Shown here: piece after piece, positions 20,098 to 34,645 of the stretch
How the letters are laid out: every line of letters starts with the position of its first letter
Numbering within the stretch: position 1 is the first letter of the stretch
Assembly: GCA_964480635.1 (NCBI GenBank)
Contig: CAYZQE010000002.1
Location: 11,101-75,100, forward strand
DNA from: an uncultured Gammaproteobacteria bacterium
GTDB taxonomy: Bacteria; Pseudomonadota; Gammaproteobacteria; GCA-001735895
Length of the DNA stretch: 64,000 nt
Direction of reading: 5' to 3'
The notes under the pieces: model-generated
What the model saw: only the letters and a program-made list of their open reading frames with translations
Database searches by the model: none
Told to the model about the DNA's origin: nothing
Position numbers and translations under genes: made by a program

Positions 20098-21435
20098 TTG
20101 TCTCATCCTATCTGGACCCAATGTCTTTCTTATCTTGAAGATGAATTAAGTAGCCAACAGTTCAATACTTGGATCTTACCCCTACAATTAGAATTTAATG
20201 GTAATAATTTTAAATTATTAGCCCCTAATCGCTTTATTTTAGACTGGGTAAAAAACAATAGTTTTTCTCGAATTATTGAAATTATTCAATTTTTAGATGA
20301 TAGCAAAGCAATACAAGTCACTCTTAATATTGGCACCACTCACAAAGTTGAAGATACTCAATCAAACGTACCACAAAAAAAGAAATCATTTATTTATCAA
20401 TCTGGCCTAAATGCTAATCATACTTTTAAAAGTTTTGTTGAAGGTAAATCTAACAGTATGGCTCGAGCTGCATCCATTAGAGTAAGTAGTTTAGTGGATA
20501 ACGAATATAATCCACTGTATTTATATGGTGGGGTTGGTTTAGGAAAAACGCATTTAATGCACGCTGTTGGCAATCAAATAAAAAAAGATAACCCCGATGC
20601 CGTCGTTGTTTATGTCAATTGTGAACGTTTTATTCAAGATATGGTTAAAGCTTTACAACATAATAAAATTGATGAATTTAAAAGTCATTACCGAGGGGTT
20701 GATGCATTACTCATTGATGATATTCAATTTTTAGCTGACAAAAATAGATCCCAAGAAGAGTTTTTTCACACCTTTAACTCACTGTATGAATCAAATGCAC
20801 AAATGATTATCACCTGTGATCGCTATCCGAAAGAAATTGAGGGCTTAGAAGATAGAATAATCTCTCGTTTAGGCTGGGGTTTAGCCGTCGATATAAAGCC
20901 ACCTGATTTAGAAACACGCGTTGCAATTTTATACAGTAAAGTTTCTCAATATCAAAAAAATAATACGGTACAAAGAGAAATACCCAGTGATGTTGCTTTT
21001 TTTATAGCGCAAAACTTTAAATCAAATATTAGAGATTTGGAAGGTGCTATCAAACGTTTATTAGCCCAAGCTGATTTTACTGATTCTACCATAACAATGG
21101 AATTCACTAAATTAGCGCTAAATGATTTATTATCGGTACAAACAAAAATTATCACTATTCAATACATACAAAAAACAATTTGTGATTACTATAAATTAAG
21201 GACATCAGATTTACTTTCTGCTCGACGTACCCGGTCCATCACAAGACCTCGTCAATTAGCGATGGCTTTATGTAAAGAATTTACGCGTCATAGTCTCCCT
21301 GAAATTGGTGATGCTTTTGGCGGCAGAGACCACACAACTGTTTTACATGCTTGCAGACAAATAAAAAAATTAATTTTAGAAGAACCCACTATAAAAGATG
21401 ATTATGAAAAATTGGAAAGAATTTTATCTACTTAA
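20098..21435 (+). CDS. dnaA: Chromosomal replication initiator DnaA (TTG start)
   Basis: MSHPIWTQCLSYLEDELSSQQFNTWILPLQ parallels the E. coli DnaA N-terminus. AAA+ Walker A GGVGLGKTHLMHAVGN and C-terminal DnaA-box-binding domain present. In-frame TGA at 20086 forces the TTG start at 20098. Confidence 0.9.
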   Translation: MSHPIWTQCLSYLEDELSSQQFNTWILPLQLEFNGNNFKLLAPNRFILDWVKNNSFSRIIEIIQFLDDSKAIQVTLNIGTTHKVEDTQSNVPQKKKSFIYQSGLNANHTFKSFVEGKSNSMARAASIRVSSLVDNEYNPLYLYGGVGLGKTHLMHAVGNQIKKDNPDAVVVYVNCERFIQDMVKALQHNKIDEFKSHYRGVDALLIDDIQFLADKNRSQEEFFHTFNSLYESNAQMIITCDRYPKEIEGLEDRIISRLGWGLAVDIKPPDLETRVAILYSKVSQYQKNNTVQREIPSDVAFFIAQNFKSNIRDLEGAIKRLLAQADFTDSTITMEFTKLALNDLLSVQTKIITIQYIQKTICDYYKLRTSDLLSARRTRSITRPRQLAMALCKEFTRHSLPEIGDAFGGRDHTTVLHACRQIKKLILEEPTIKDDYEKLERILST

Positions 21436-21477
21436 ATTTGATAAAATGAATAAATAATGTATTAATTGTTATTATAT

Positions 21478-21532
21478 TGTGGATAAGTAAAATGATTAAA
21501 ATAGTATTCAGTTTATACACGAGTTATCCACA
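21478..21532. promoter_or_regulatory. Pair of consensus DnaA boxes in inverted orientation (TGTGGATAA at 21478-21486, TTATCCACA at 21524-21532) in the dnaA-dnaN spacer, the second abutting a TATAAT hexamer
   Basis: Exact 9-mer matches to the R-box consensus. ccacaaTATAATg directly follows the second box, suggesting a DnaA-controlled dnaN/recF promoter. An AT-rich stretch follows (21600-21655). Confidence 0.6.
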
Positions 21533-21655
21533 ATATAATGAACAATAAATCACTAGTGTATACATTTAAAAAATCGCCTAACTTATTGAAAAGTAATAAG
21601 TTTATTGATTTACTCACAAAATAAAATTTACTAATAATAGTAATAAAGTATATAT

Positions 21656-22756
21656 ATGAATATATCTATTAATAAAGAAGACCTTCTAGTGCCTTTACAA
21701 CAAGTAATAGGCGCAATAGAAAAAAAACAAACAATGCCAATTTTAGGTAATTTATTATTTAAATCTTTAGGCAGTCAACTTCAAATTATTGGTACTGATC
21801 GTGAGCTAGAACTCATTAGTACGATTGAGCTTAATCAAGTATCTGATATTTTCACAACCATACCCGCTCGTAAATTACTGGATATTTGTAAAGCTTTACC
21901 AAATGATGCACTCATCAATCTAGAAATAAATGAAAGCAGAGCTATTTTAAAATCATCAAAAAGTCGTTTCGCCTTAAGTACATTGCCAGCTACTGATTTT
22001 CCATTATTAGATGAACTGGATTTTTTATTTAAATTTAATGTTAAACAAAATCAATTTAAAAAATTATTAGAAAAAACATCATTTGCAATGGCTCAACAAG
22101 ACGTTAGATATTATTTAAATGGCGTTATGTTAGAAATTGAAAGTAATCAATTAAAAATTGTTGCAACAGATGGTCATAGATTAGCACTTGGATCAATTAA
22201 TGGTGACTACCCTGTCGAATCAACTTTTCAGATAATTATTCCAAGAAAAGCAGTAATGGAGCTTTCACGTTTATTAACTATAGATAATGAAGAAATAACA
22301 ATTTCAGTTAGCAAAAATCATATTCGTCTTGAATTAAAAGATATTATTTTTACTAGTAAATTAATTGATGGTAAATTTCCAGATTATAATCGTGTAATAC
22401 CATTGGATTTAAATCAAGAATTAACAATAAATAAAGATACTTTGAAAGAGACGCTACAACGCATATCTATTTTGTGTAATGAAAAATATAGAGGTATTCG
22501 TTTAACGTTAGAAAATAACACATTAAACATTAAAGCTAATAACCCTCATCAAGAAGAAGCTGAGGAAGAAATATTAGTAGATTTTGACCAAACTAAAATA
22601 AACATTGGTTTTAATGTTATTTATCTAATAGATGTATTAAATGCTATAGATACAGAGGGTGTGAAAATTCATTTAAAAGATGCTAATAGTAGTTGTGTAC
22701 TAACGAATGAAAATAATGATGATTTTAAATATGTTGTTATGCCAATGAGATTATAA
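21656..22756 (+). CDS. dnaN: DNA polymerase III beta sliding clamp
   Basis: 366 aa with three-domain clamp architecture (MNISINKEDLLVPLQQVIGAIEKKQTMPILGNLL...). Conserved dnaA-dnaN-recF-gyrB order. Confidence 0.9.
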   Translation: MNISINKEDLLVPLQQVIGAIEKKQTMPILGNLLFKSLGSQLQIIGTDRELELISTIELNQVSDIFTTIPARKLLDICKALPNDALINLEINESRAILKSSKSRFALSTLPATDFPLLDELDFLFKFNVKQNQFKKLLEKTSFAMAQQDVRYYLNGVMLEIESNQLKIVATDGHRLALGSINGDYPVESTFQIIIPRKAVMELSRLLTIDNEEITISVSKNHIRLELKDIIFTSKLIDGKFPDYNRVIPLDLNQELTINKDTLKETLQRISILCNEKYRGIRLTLENNTLNIKANNPHQEEAEEEILVDFDQTKINIGFNVIYLIDVLNAIDTEGVKIHLKDANSSCVLTNENNDDFKYVVMPMRL

Positions 22757-22762
22757 AATTAT

Positions 22763-26243
<3,481 letters not shown>

Positions 26244-26271
26244 ATATTAAAAATAAAAGCAGAGAAAAAAA

Positions 26272-28296
26272 TTGCAAAACCCATTATTAAAACAAACTGA
26301 ATTTACTGAATTTAATAATATTGATACAGCTGATATAAAAGAAGCGGTAGAAAATATTATTGAAACTAATAAAAAAGCATTATTAGATTTATTGGCAATA
26401 GAAAATAAAACATGGAATAATTTTATTGACCCGATTGAACAATTAGAAAATTCATTAAATAATTTATGGTCACCCATAAGACATCTTAATTCAGTACTTA
26501 GTACCGATGAGTTAAGAATAGTTTATGAAGAATGTATTACACTTTTAACTGAGTACTCTACAGATTTAAGTCAAAACCCAGCGTTATTTAGTGCTTATGA
26601 AGCTATAAAAAATTCAGCTGAATTTAAAAGCTATAATGAAGCCAAGAAAAAAAGTATTACAGATGCCCTAACGCAATTTAAATTGAGTGGGATTGCTTTA
26701 AATAAAGAAGATCAAAAGTTTTATAAAGACATACAGCAAAAACTATCACAATTCAAAATATCCTTTGAAAACAACATCTTAGATAGTACTCAAGCGTTTG
26801 AAAAGGTCGTAAAGGATAAAAAGTTGCTGGATGGCATTCCTGGTTATGCCATTTCTATGTTTCAACAGTCAGCTAAGCAAAAGAAGAAAATTGGTTATCG
26901 TTTAACCTTAGACATGCCACACTATATTGCGATAGTCACTTATGCTAATAATCAACAATTGCGTAAAGAATTTTATACGGCGTTTACTAGCAGAGCGTCA
27001 GAATTTGGCAATAAGGATTGGGATAACTCTCAATTGATGGTTGATATTTTGCACTTAAGGCAAGAGAAAGCCAAATTATTAGGCTTTAAAAATTATGCAG
27101 AATTATCCTTACAAACAAAAATGGCTGATTCAGCAGAACAAGCTGAAGAGTTTTTAATTGATCTAGCGAACAAGGCTCAAATATCTGCAAAACAAGATGT
27201 TAAAGAGCTTAATGAATTTGCAAAAGGATTAGGCATGTTAGAAGTCAATGCATGGGATATTGCATGGCTTAGTGAGCAGTTAAAACAACAAAAATATTCG
27301 ATATCAGATAAAGAGATAAAACCATATTTACCAGAAAATAAAGTCATTGAAGGTTTATTTAAAATCACCCAAAAATTATTTAATGTCAGTATTTCGAAAA
27401 ACAACGATAACATCCAAGTGTGGCACAAAGATGTGACGTTTTTTGATGTCAAAAATGATAACAATGACATTATTGCCCACTTTTATTTAGATTTATATGC
27501 CCGTGATAAAAAGAGAGGCGGCGCATGGATGGATGAAAGTAAAAATAGATTTTTTAATGCTCAGCAACAACAACTGCCTATTGCATACTTAACATGCAAT
27601 TTAACGCCCCCTGTAGACGGCAAGGAAGCATTGTTTACGCATGATGAGGTCATTACCTTATTTCACGAGTTTGGGCACGGTATACACCATATGTTCACAA
27701 AAATAGATGAACCTTCGGTATCGGGTATTAATGGTGTGGAATGGGATGCCGTAGAATTACCGAGCCAATTTATGGAAAACTGGTGTTGGAGTGAAGAAGG
27801 CTTAGCTTTAATGGCAGAACATTATGAAACCGGTGAAAAAATACCCGCAGAATTAATCAACAAGATGCTTAAAGCCAAAAATTTTCAAAGTGGCATGCAG
27901 TTATTGAGACAAGTTGAGTTTTCTTTGTTTGACTTAGCCATTCATCAAAAAAATATAAAAACAGCTAGAGATATACAAAACATTCTTGATAATTTAAGAA
28001 AACAGATAGCAGTGGTGGTCCCACCTAAAAATAATCGCTTTCAACATGGTTTTTCACATATTTTTGCTGGCGGTTATGCGGCTGGCTACTATAGTTACAA
28101 ATGGGCAGAAGTTTTATCAGCCGATGTCTTTGCCGCTTTTGAAGAAGAAGGCTTATTTAGTAAAGAAGTTGGTCAAAGGTATAAGCGCTGCATTTTAGAA
28201 AAAGGTGGTTCTAGGCCTGCTATAGAATCCTTTGAATGTTTTCGTGGTAGAAAGCCAACAATAGAAGCATTGTTAAGGCATAATTCAATAGAATAA
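26272..28296 (+). CDS. prlC: Oligopeptidase A (M3 family zinc metallopeptidase)
   Basis: HEFGHGIHH zinc motif and overall M3A architecture. ~680 aa, as for E. coli PrlC. Confidence 0.85.
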   Translation: MQNPLLKQTEFTEFNNIDTADIKEAVENIIETNKKALLDLLAIENKTWNNFIDPIEQLENSLNNLWSPIRHLNSVLSTDELRIVYEECITLLTEYSTDLSQNPALFSAYEAIKNSAEFKSYNEAKKKSITDALTQFKLSGIALNKEDQKFYKDIQQKLSQFKISFENNILDSTQAFEKVVKDKKLLDGIPGYAISMFQQSAKQKKKIGYRLTLDMPHYIAIVTYANNQQLRKEFYTAFTSRASEFGNKDWDNSQLMVDILHLRQEKAKLLGFKNYAELSLQTKMADSAEQAEEFLIDLANKAQISAKQDVKELNEFAKGLGMLEVNAWDIAWLSEQLKQQKYSISDKEIKPYLPENKVIEGLFKITQKLFNVSISKNNDNIQVWHKDVTFFDVKNDNNDIIAHFYLDLYARDKKRGGAWMDESKNRFFNAQQQQLPIAYLTCNLTPPVDGKEALFTHDEVITLFHEFGHGIHHMFTKIDEPSVSGINGVEWDAVELPSQFMENWCWSEEGLALMAEHYETGEKIPAELINKMLKAKNFQSGMQLLRQVEFSLFDLAIHQKNIKTARDIQNILDNLRKQIAVVVPPKNNRFQHGFSHIFAGGYAAGYYSYKWAEVLSADVFAAFEEEGLFSKEVGQRYKRCILEKGGSRPAIESFECFRGRKPTIEALLRHNSIE

Positions 28297-28299
28297 AAT

Positions 28300-28935
28300 A
28301 TGAAAAATTTAACCGTATTGTTTTTATTATTAATTTCGTTTCAATCATTTTCTCAAGAAAGTGAAGATATTCAATATGTTACCGGAAAATTATATCTATC
28401 GTTATATCAACAAGCAGATTCAGGTAGTCAGGTTATTAAATCATTAGTGTCTGGTGATAGGCTTAATGTCATTGAAATTGCTGGACCCTATGCGAAAGTT
28501 ATTACCACAAAAGATCAACAAGGTTGGGTAAAAAAAGGTTTTATTGTTAAGTCAAAACCAGCAAGTGTTTTGTATAAAGAAGTGAATAGTGCTTATAAAA
28601 ATTTACAACAAGAAATGGAACGAAATAAACAAGAAAATAGCGCTAGCATAGACTTAAAAGAGGTCATACAACGTTTAGAAAAAGAAAATAAAAAACTCAA
28701 AGTCAGTAATGAGCTTTATTTAAGTAGACAAACATTACTGAATAAAGAGAACAACGTAGAAGAATTGGAAGATTCACACGTTATTGACTTAGAGACATTT
28801 AAACAGATTATAAATGAATATTTTATGTTTTTACTAGCCTCTTTAATTTTATTAATTTTAATTGGATTTAGAGTTGGCGAATTAAAAACTGAATCTGATG
28901 TTATTAAACACTTTGGTGGTGTTAGAGTATGGTAA
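28300..28935 (+). CDS. SH3-domain / coiled-coil / C-terminal TM protein (YgiM-like paralogue)
   Basis: Signal peptide, SH3b-like segment (VTGKLYLSLYQQADSGSQVIKSLVSGDRLNVIE...GWVKKGFI), coiled coil, C-terminal hydrophobic helix. Confidence 0.5.
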   Translation: MKNLTVLFLLLISFQSFSQESEDIQYVTGKLYLSLYQQADSGSQVIKSLVSGDRLNVIEIAGPYAKVITTKDQQGWVKKGFIVKSKPASVLYKEVNSAYKNLQQEMERNKQENSASIDLKEVIQRLEKENKKLKVSNELYLSRQTLLNKENNVEELEDSHVIDLETFKQIINEYFMFLLASLILLILIGFRVGELKTESDVIKHFGGVRVW

Positions 28936-28958
28936 TTAAAATTATATAAACCATATTC

Positions 28959-30422
28959 ATGCAATATAAAGATTTACGAGAATTCATAGCTGGCCTAGAA
29001 GAAAAAAAATTACTAAAGAGGGTCACACAATCGATTAGTCCTAATTTAGAAATGACTGAAATATCTGATCGAGTGTTAAGGGCTAAAGGCCCCGCTTTAT
29101 TATTTGAAAATGTCCCAAATACAAAAATTCCTGTATTAACCAATTTATTTGGTACAGAAGAACGTGTTGCACTCGCAATGGGTGCAGACGAAGTCAGTGC
29201 TTTACGAGAAATAGGAAAGTTACTGGCATTTTTAAAAGAACCAGAACCGCCCGCAGGTTTTAAAGAAGCATTAAAAACACTGCCAATCTATCGAAAAGTA
29301 CTCGATATGTCGCCAAAAGTGGTTAAAAGAGCACCTTGTCAAAAAGTAGTGATCGAAAAGGATGATGTTGATCTTTCCATGTTCCCTATTCAAACGTGTT
29401 GGCCTGGTGATGCAGCACCTTTAATTACTTGGGGTTTAGTGACCACCATAGGGCCTTTAAAAAAGCGTCAAAACATCGGCATATATCGCCAACAAGTGAT
29501 TGCTAAAAACAAAGTGATTATGCGTTGGCTGTCGCATCGCGGTGGTGCATTAGATTATAAAGAATGGGTGGCAGAATATCCTGATAAGCCCTTCCCTATT
29601 GCAGTGACTATTGGTTGTGATCCTGCAACTATTTTAGCAGCAGTAACACCCGTACCCGATACTTTATCTGAATATGCCTTTGCAGGTTTATTGCGTGGTG
29701 CAAAAACAGAGCTAACAAAATGTTTGTTATCGGATTTACAAGTCCCAGCAAGAGCAGAAATTATATTAGAAGGTTTTATTTACCCTAACGAAACAGCGGT
29801 AGAAGGCCCTTATGGTGACCATACGGGTTATTATAATGAGACGGATGAGTTTCCTGTTTTTACCATCGAAAAGATAACAACACGAAAAGACCCTATTTAT
29901 CATACGACTTATACGGGTCGTCCACCTGATGAACCTGCCATTTTAGGCTTAGCTTTAAACGAAGTGTTTATTCCTATTTTACAAAAACAGTTTCCAGAAA
30001 TTGTGGATTTTTATTTGCCTCCAGAAGGTTGCTCATATCGTATGGCAGTCGTGAGTATGAAGAAGCAATACGCAGGGCATGCTAAACGAGTGATGATGGG
30101 CGTTTGGTCTTATTTACGTCAATTTATGTACACAAAGTTTGTAATTGTTGTTGATGATGATGTGAATGTACGTCGTTGGGAAGATGTGATTTGGGCAATA
30201 ACAACAAGAGTCGACCCAGCAAGAGATGTGACAATGATTGAAAATACACCCATTGATTATTTAGATTTTGCATCACCGGTATCAGGTTTAGGCTCTAAAA
30301 TGGGCATAGATGCAACGAATAAGATAGATGGCGAGACGACACGCGAATGGGGAACAGTCATTGAAATGGATAAGGATGTAAAAATTAAAATTGATGAATT
30401 GTGGAAAGAGCTAGGTCTGTAA
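28959..30422 (+). CDS. ubiD: 4-hydroxy-3-polyprenylbenzoate decarboxylase UbiD
   Basis: [22 protein letters not shown]... with high collinear similarity to UbiD (prFMN-dependent decarboxylase). Confidence 0.9.
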   Translation: MQYKDLREFIAGLEEKKLLKRVTQSISPNLEMTEISDRVLRAKGPALLFENVPNTKIPVLTNLFGTEERVALAMGADEVSALREIGKLLAFLKEPEPPAGFKEALKTLPIYRKVLDMSPKVVKRAPCQKVVIEKDDVDLSMFPIQTCWPGDAAPLITWGLVTTIGPLKKRQNIGIYRQQVIAKNKVIMRWLSHRGGALDYKEWVAEYPDKPFPIAVTIGCDPATILAAVTPVPDTLSEYAFAGLLRGAKTELTKCLLSDLQVPARAEIILEGFIYPNETAVEGPYGDHTGYYNETDEFPVFTIEKITTRKDPIYHTTYTGRPPDEPAILGLALNEVFIPILQKQFPEIVDFYLPPEGCSYRMAVVSMKKQYAGHAKRVMMGVWSYLRQFMYTKFVIVVDDDVNVRRWEDVIWAITTRVDPARDVTMIENTPIDYLDFASPVSGLGSKMGIDATNKIDGETTREWGTVIEMDKDVKIKIDELWKELGL

Positions 30423-30521
30423 TTCATTTTTTATTTACAATTTAACGACCCCCTAATGATAATAAGGGTTAAATATTGTAATAACTGTTAGCCTGCAAGG
30501 TTCATTAAAGTTTAATCTGTT

Positions 30522-31565
30522 ATGTCATACAAAATTAAAATATCTAATGCTGAAGTTTCATTTCAATGTGAACCTGAACAAGCAATTTTAGATGCTGCCC
30601 ATCAAGCAAATATCCTACTATCATATGGCTGTAAAGGTGGCCTTTGTGGTTCGTGTGAAGCTGTTGTTAATCAAGGTGAAGTCTATTATCCAGATGGCAT
30701 ACCAAAAGGCTTAAAAGAAGAAGACATAGCATTAGGTAAGGCTCTATTATGCAAGGCATTTGCGAAAAGTGATTTAGACATTGAAGCCCATGTTGAAAAA
30801 CCAGAAACACAACGCCCCTTACGCACCCTACCCGTTAAAATTCAGCAAAAAAACCTATTAGCTGATGATGTCATGCAGCTTATTTTACAATTGCCATCCA
30901 CCGATGAGCCCTTTGATTTTTTAGCAGGTCAATGGATGTATTTTGTGATGAAAGATGGCAAGAAAAGAGCTTTTTCAATTGCCAATACCCCCACTCAAGA
31001 AAAATTACTAGAAGTTCATATACGTCATGCAAATGGCGGGGTATTTACAGACTTTGTCTTTAATAAATTAAAAATAGGTGATATTTTAAAAATAGAAGGG
31101 CCACACGGAACATTTTTTTATCACGACGATTATAAAGACATTATTATGGTTGCTGGTGGTACTGGATTTGCACCCTTAAAAGGTATTATAGAAGCCTTAA
31201 TACAAAATAAAAATACACTTAAAATTAGTTTATATTGGGGTGTCCGCAGTAAAAAAGACCTTTATATGGAAGAGCTTGTTAAGCAGTGGCAAGAACAAGG
31301 ATTGATAGATTACATTCCCGTATTATCAGAGCCGACTCTTGAAGATCAGTGGCAAGGTGAAACAGGGTTTGTACATGAAGCGATTATAAAAAAATATAGC
31401 TCTTTAAGGAATCACGTGGTTTATATGGCGGGCCCACCACAAATGATTACGGCATCAAAAAAAGCATTTATAAAAAATGGAGCTCGTAGTAAAAAGATTT
31501 ATTTTGACTCTTTTGAATACTCAGATGATGCATCAAAAGCCATTGAAAAAAGTGGCAGCGACTAA
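30522..31565 (+). CDS. Ferredoxin-NAD(P)H flavin reductase fusion: N-terminal plant-type 2Fe-2S ferredoxin domain + FNR-like FAD/NAD(P)-binding domain (Fre-like, downstream of ubiD as fre is in E. coli)
   Basis: Cys ligands CKGGLCGSC...C in the first 80 aa. Followed by the flavin-reductase fold (RAFSIAN, GGTGFAPL, MAGPPQM). Confidence 0.7.
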   Translation: MSYKIKISNAEVSFQCEPEQAILDAAHQANILLSYGCKGGLCGSCEAVVNQGEVYYPDGIPKGLKEEDIALGKALLCKAFAKSDLDIEAHVEKPETQRPLRTLPVKIQQKNLLADDVMQLILQLPSTDEPFDFLAGQWMYFVMKDGKKRAFSIANTPTQEKLLEVHIRHANGGVFTDFVFNKLKIGDILKIEGPHGTFFYHDDYKDIIMVAGGTGFAPLKGIIEALIQNKNTLKISLYWGVRSKKDLYMEELVKQWQEQGLIDYIPVLSEPTLEDQWQGETGFVHEAIIKKYSSLRNHVVYMAGPPQMITASKKAFIKNGARSKKIYFDSFEYSDDASKAIEKSGSD

Positions 31566-31892
31566 AGTTTATTTTTAGGTTGTCATAGCATAACTGACGC
31601 CAACTCATTTTGACCTAAATCGATAATGCCGTTTTAACATAGTTGCTTTGTAGTCTACTACCCATGGATTAATAAGTTTTGATTCGTATTGTGCTATTAG
31701 ATTGGCCAGTAGATTTTTTAATTCTTCTTAATTCGTAATTTTAAAATTTTTGGGTTAATACATCGTATTTTATGAGAAAACTAAATTAGTGACACATTAA
31801 ATGATGATAAAAGAACTATTTAATCGTTTTTATTTCTACGGAAGGCTGCAATATGCTATAAATCGCATCATATTAAAAGAGTACAACAAGCA

Positions 31893-32393
31893 TTGACTGA
31901 AAAAAGCGCCAACCCTTTAATTGAAACCTTATTTAAAAGTTTAACAACACTCTTTTCTAAAGATGATGATCCCGTCATTATCGGCATAGATACAGGTGGT
32001 TATTGGGTTGCAAATGAATTACATAAACAGCTAAAACCAAGCACTAAACTTGGCAGGCTTAATATCAGCTTTTATAGAGACGATTTTTCTAAAATGGGCT
32101 TACACCCGACCGTAAATCCATCAGAAATTACAGAAAATATTGATGAAAAAACAGTTGTGTTAGTCGATGATGTATTACAAACAGGTAGAACCATACGCGC
32201 CGCAATGAATGAAATATTTGATTATGGGCGACCCAAAAAAATTATATTAGCTGTTTTAATTGATCGAAGTGGACGTGAGCTTCCCATTCAAACAGATTAT
32301 TGTGCATTAACAATGACGTTAAAAAACAATGAGCATGTAAAGCTCATTGGGCCAGACCCTATCACCTACCATGTGATTAATAATGAGCTATAA
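31893..32393 (+). CDS. pyrR: Pyrimidine operon regulator / uracil phosphoribosyltransferase PyrR (TTG start)
   Basis: [15 protein letters not shown]...FYRDDFSK...[49 protein letters not shown] is collinear with Pseudomonas PyrR. Confidence 0.8.
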   Translation: MTEKSANPLIETLFKSLTTLFSKDDDPVIIGIDTGGYWVANELHKQLKPSTKLGRLNISFYRDDFSKMGLHPTVNPSEITENIDEKTVVLVDDVLQTGRTIRAAMNEIFDYGRPKKIILAVLIDRSGRELPIQTDYCALTMTLKNNEHVKLIGPDPITYHVINNEL

Positions 32394-33345
32394 AGCAAAT
32401 ATACAATTAAGCGATAGCGGTCAATTAAAACACTTTTTAAGCATAGAAGGCTTACCCCTCTCTATTCTTACTCAAATATTAGATACAGCAGAATCTTTTA
32501 CCTCTATAGGTGACCGTAATGTTAAAAAAGTCCCTTTATTACGCGGTAAAACAGTCGCCAATTTATTTTTTGAAAATAGCACAAGAACACGCTCAACTTT
32601 TGAACTAGCGGCACAGCGATTATCAGCAGATATCTTAAATTTAGACGTTAAAACATCAGCCACAGCTAAAGGCGAATCTTTACTAGATACCTTACATAAC
32701 CTACAAGCCATGCAAATTGATATGTTTGTGATCAGACATTCAGACAGTGGCAGCGCACATTTTTTCGCTAACCATGTTGCACCAGGTGTTAGTGTATTAA
32801 ATGCAGGTGATGGACAACATGCCCACCCTACTCAGGCTATGCTTGATATGTTCACCATACGTCACCATAAACAAGACTTTACAAAATTACGCGTGGCAAT
32901 TGTTGGCGATATTAAACATTCACGCGTAGCCCGTTCACAAATACATGCTTTAAATACATTCAGTACCGGTGAAGTTAGGGTGATAGCCCCTAAAACCTTA
33001 TTACCAATGGATACAGAGTCAATGGGTGTTAAGGTTTATAACAATATCAACGAGGGATTAAAAGATGTCGATGTGGTTATTATGTTGCGCTTACAAAAAG
33101 AACGTATGCAAGGCGCATTATTACCCAGCGAGTCGGAGTATTTTAGGCAATTTGGTTTAAGTAGTGAACGCTTAGCACTAGCTCATCCAGAGGCAATTGT
33201 TATGCACCCAGGCCCCGCCAATAGAGGCGTAGAAATCGCATCAAGTGTGATGGATGGAAAACAGTCAGTCATTTTACAGCAAGTGACTTTTGGAATTGCA
33301 GTCAGAATGGCAGTGATGTCGATGATAGTCGGTAGCAGTGAATGA
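32383..33345 (+). CDS. pyrB: Aspartate carbamoyltransferase catalytic subunit
   Basis: STRTR carbamoyl-phosphate motif ([19 protein letters not shown]) and HPTQ motif. Overlaps pyrR by 11 nt. Confidence 0.9.
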   Translation: MSYKANIQLSDSGQLKHFLSIEGLPLSILTQILDTAESFTSIGDRNVKKVPLLRGKTVANLFFENSTRTRSTFELAAQRLSADILNLDVKTSATAKGESLLDTLHNLQAMQIDMFVIRHSDSGSAHFFANHVAPGVSVLNAGDGQHAHPTQAMLDMFTIRHHKQDFTKLRVAIVGDIKHSRVARSQIHALNTFSTGEVRVIAPKTLLPMDTESMGVKVYNNINEGLKDVDVVIMLRLQKERMQGALLPSESEYFRQFGLSSERLALAHPEAIVMHPGPANRGVEIASSVMDGKQSVILQQVTFGIAVRMAVMSMIVGSSE

Positions 33346-34610
33346 ATACTCTTATTAAAAATGGATTACATATCAACCCAGTGTCGGGGATATCTTGCCA
33401 GCAAGATATTTATATTGAAGGGAACTTGATAGCAGCCATTGGCGAAAAACCAAAAAACTTAGCAATAGACAAAGAAATTGATGCTAATGGCTGTTGGGTC
33501 ATCCCAGGAATCGTAGATATTAAAGTGCGTATTAGAGAACCTGGTTATACGCATAAAGCGACATTAGCATCAGAAACAAGAGCGGCAGCATTAAACGGCA
33601 TCAGTACTATTTGTATTCCACCTGATTCATCACCTGTTGTTGATCATGCAGCCATTGTGACTCAAATGCATCACAATAATGAGACGGCAGGAAATAAATC
33701 TCATATCTATATTATTGGTGCGTTAACGAAAAATTTAAATGGTGAAATACTAGCTAATATGGCTAGTTTAAAAGAAAAAGGCTGTATTGCGGTCACTAAT
33801 TCAGTGTATCCAATGCAAAATAATCTCATACAACGACGCGCAATGGAATACGCATCCGGGTTAGACTTAACAGTCATTATACAGCCGATTGATCATTCAT
33901 TAATGGGAGATGGCTGTGCTCACGAAGGTGCTTTTGCAACCCGCTATGGCTTACCTTCGATTGCAGAAGCTGCAGAAACAGCGGCGTTGGCGAAAGATAT
34001 AGAGCTAGTAGCACAAACAGGTGCTAAAACCCATTTTGGTCAAATATCATGTGCTCGATCAGTTGAAATGATTCGTCAAGCAAAAAAACACGGATTACCA
34101 ATTTCTGCCGACTGTACTATTCATCAATTGTTTTTAACAGATCAAGATATTGCGCAATTTGATACTAATAAACATGTCATACCCCCTTTACGCAGCCAAA
34201 GAGATTTAGAGGCTTTAAGGCATGGATTAACCGATGGCACGATAGATTGTATTTGTAGTGATCATCAGCCACATGAACTAGATGCTAAACTTAAACCATT
34301 TCCATCTTCAGAAGCAGGAATGAGTGGCTTGGATAGTTTTTTGCCACTTGCTTTTAAACTGGTGGATGAGGGTGTATTAACCAAAGAACAGTTAGTAAAA
34401 ACAATTACCAATAATCCAGCAAAAATATTTAACTTACCCGCTGGAAAAATAGAAAAAGGTGAATTAGCCGATATTTGTATTGTTAGCCCAAATGAATTGT
34501 TTCAGTTAGAAGCTAAAAATATTTTGTCAGCAGGTAAGAACAATGCTTTTATCAATTGGAACTTTTCACACAAAGCCGTTAAAACCTATATTGCGGGTAA
34601 ACTGGCTTGA
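33342..34610 (+). CDS. pyrC': Dihydroorotase-like protein PyrC' (non-catalytic; zinc-ligand His pair replaced)
   Basis: Amidohydrolase fold, but the metal-binding D-x-H-x-H is [10 protein letters not shown] (nt ~33514-33545). Overlaps pyrB by 4 nt, as in Pseudomonas pyrRBC'. Confidence 0.75.
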   Translation: MNTLIKNGLHINPVSGISCQQDIYIEGNLIAAIGEKPKNLAIDKEIDANGCWVIPGIVDIKVRIREPGYTHKATLASETRAAALNGISTICIPPDSSPVVDHAAIVTQMHHNNETAGNKSHIYIIGALTKNLNGEILANMASLKEKGCIAVTNSVYPMQNNLIQRRAMEYASGLDLTVIIQPIDHSLMGDGCAHEGAFATRYGLPSIAEAAETAALAKDIELVAQTGAKTHFGQISCARSVEMIRQAKKHGLPISADCTIHQLFLTDQDIAQFDTNKHVIPPLRSQRDLEALRHGLTDGTIDCICSDHQPHELDAKLKPFPSSEAGMSGLDSFLPLAFKLVDEGVLTKEQLVKTITNNPAKIFNLPAGKIEKGELADICIVSPNELFQLEAKNILSAGKNNAFINWNFSHKAVKTYIAGKLA

Positions 34611-34645
34611 TCAAATAAAATATTGATCAAGCAGAGCAACTAAGG

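Noticed and set aside
19729-21655. Calling oriC in the rpmH-dnaA or dnaA-dnaN spacer
   Set aside because: Only two consensus DnaA boxes are present and no clear 13-mer DUE array. In E. coli/Vibrio-type gammaproteobacteria oriC lies near gidA-mioC. This cannot be decided without the whole replicon.
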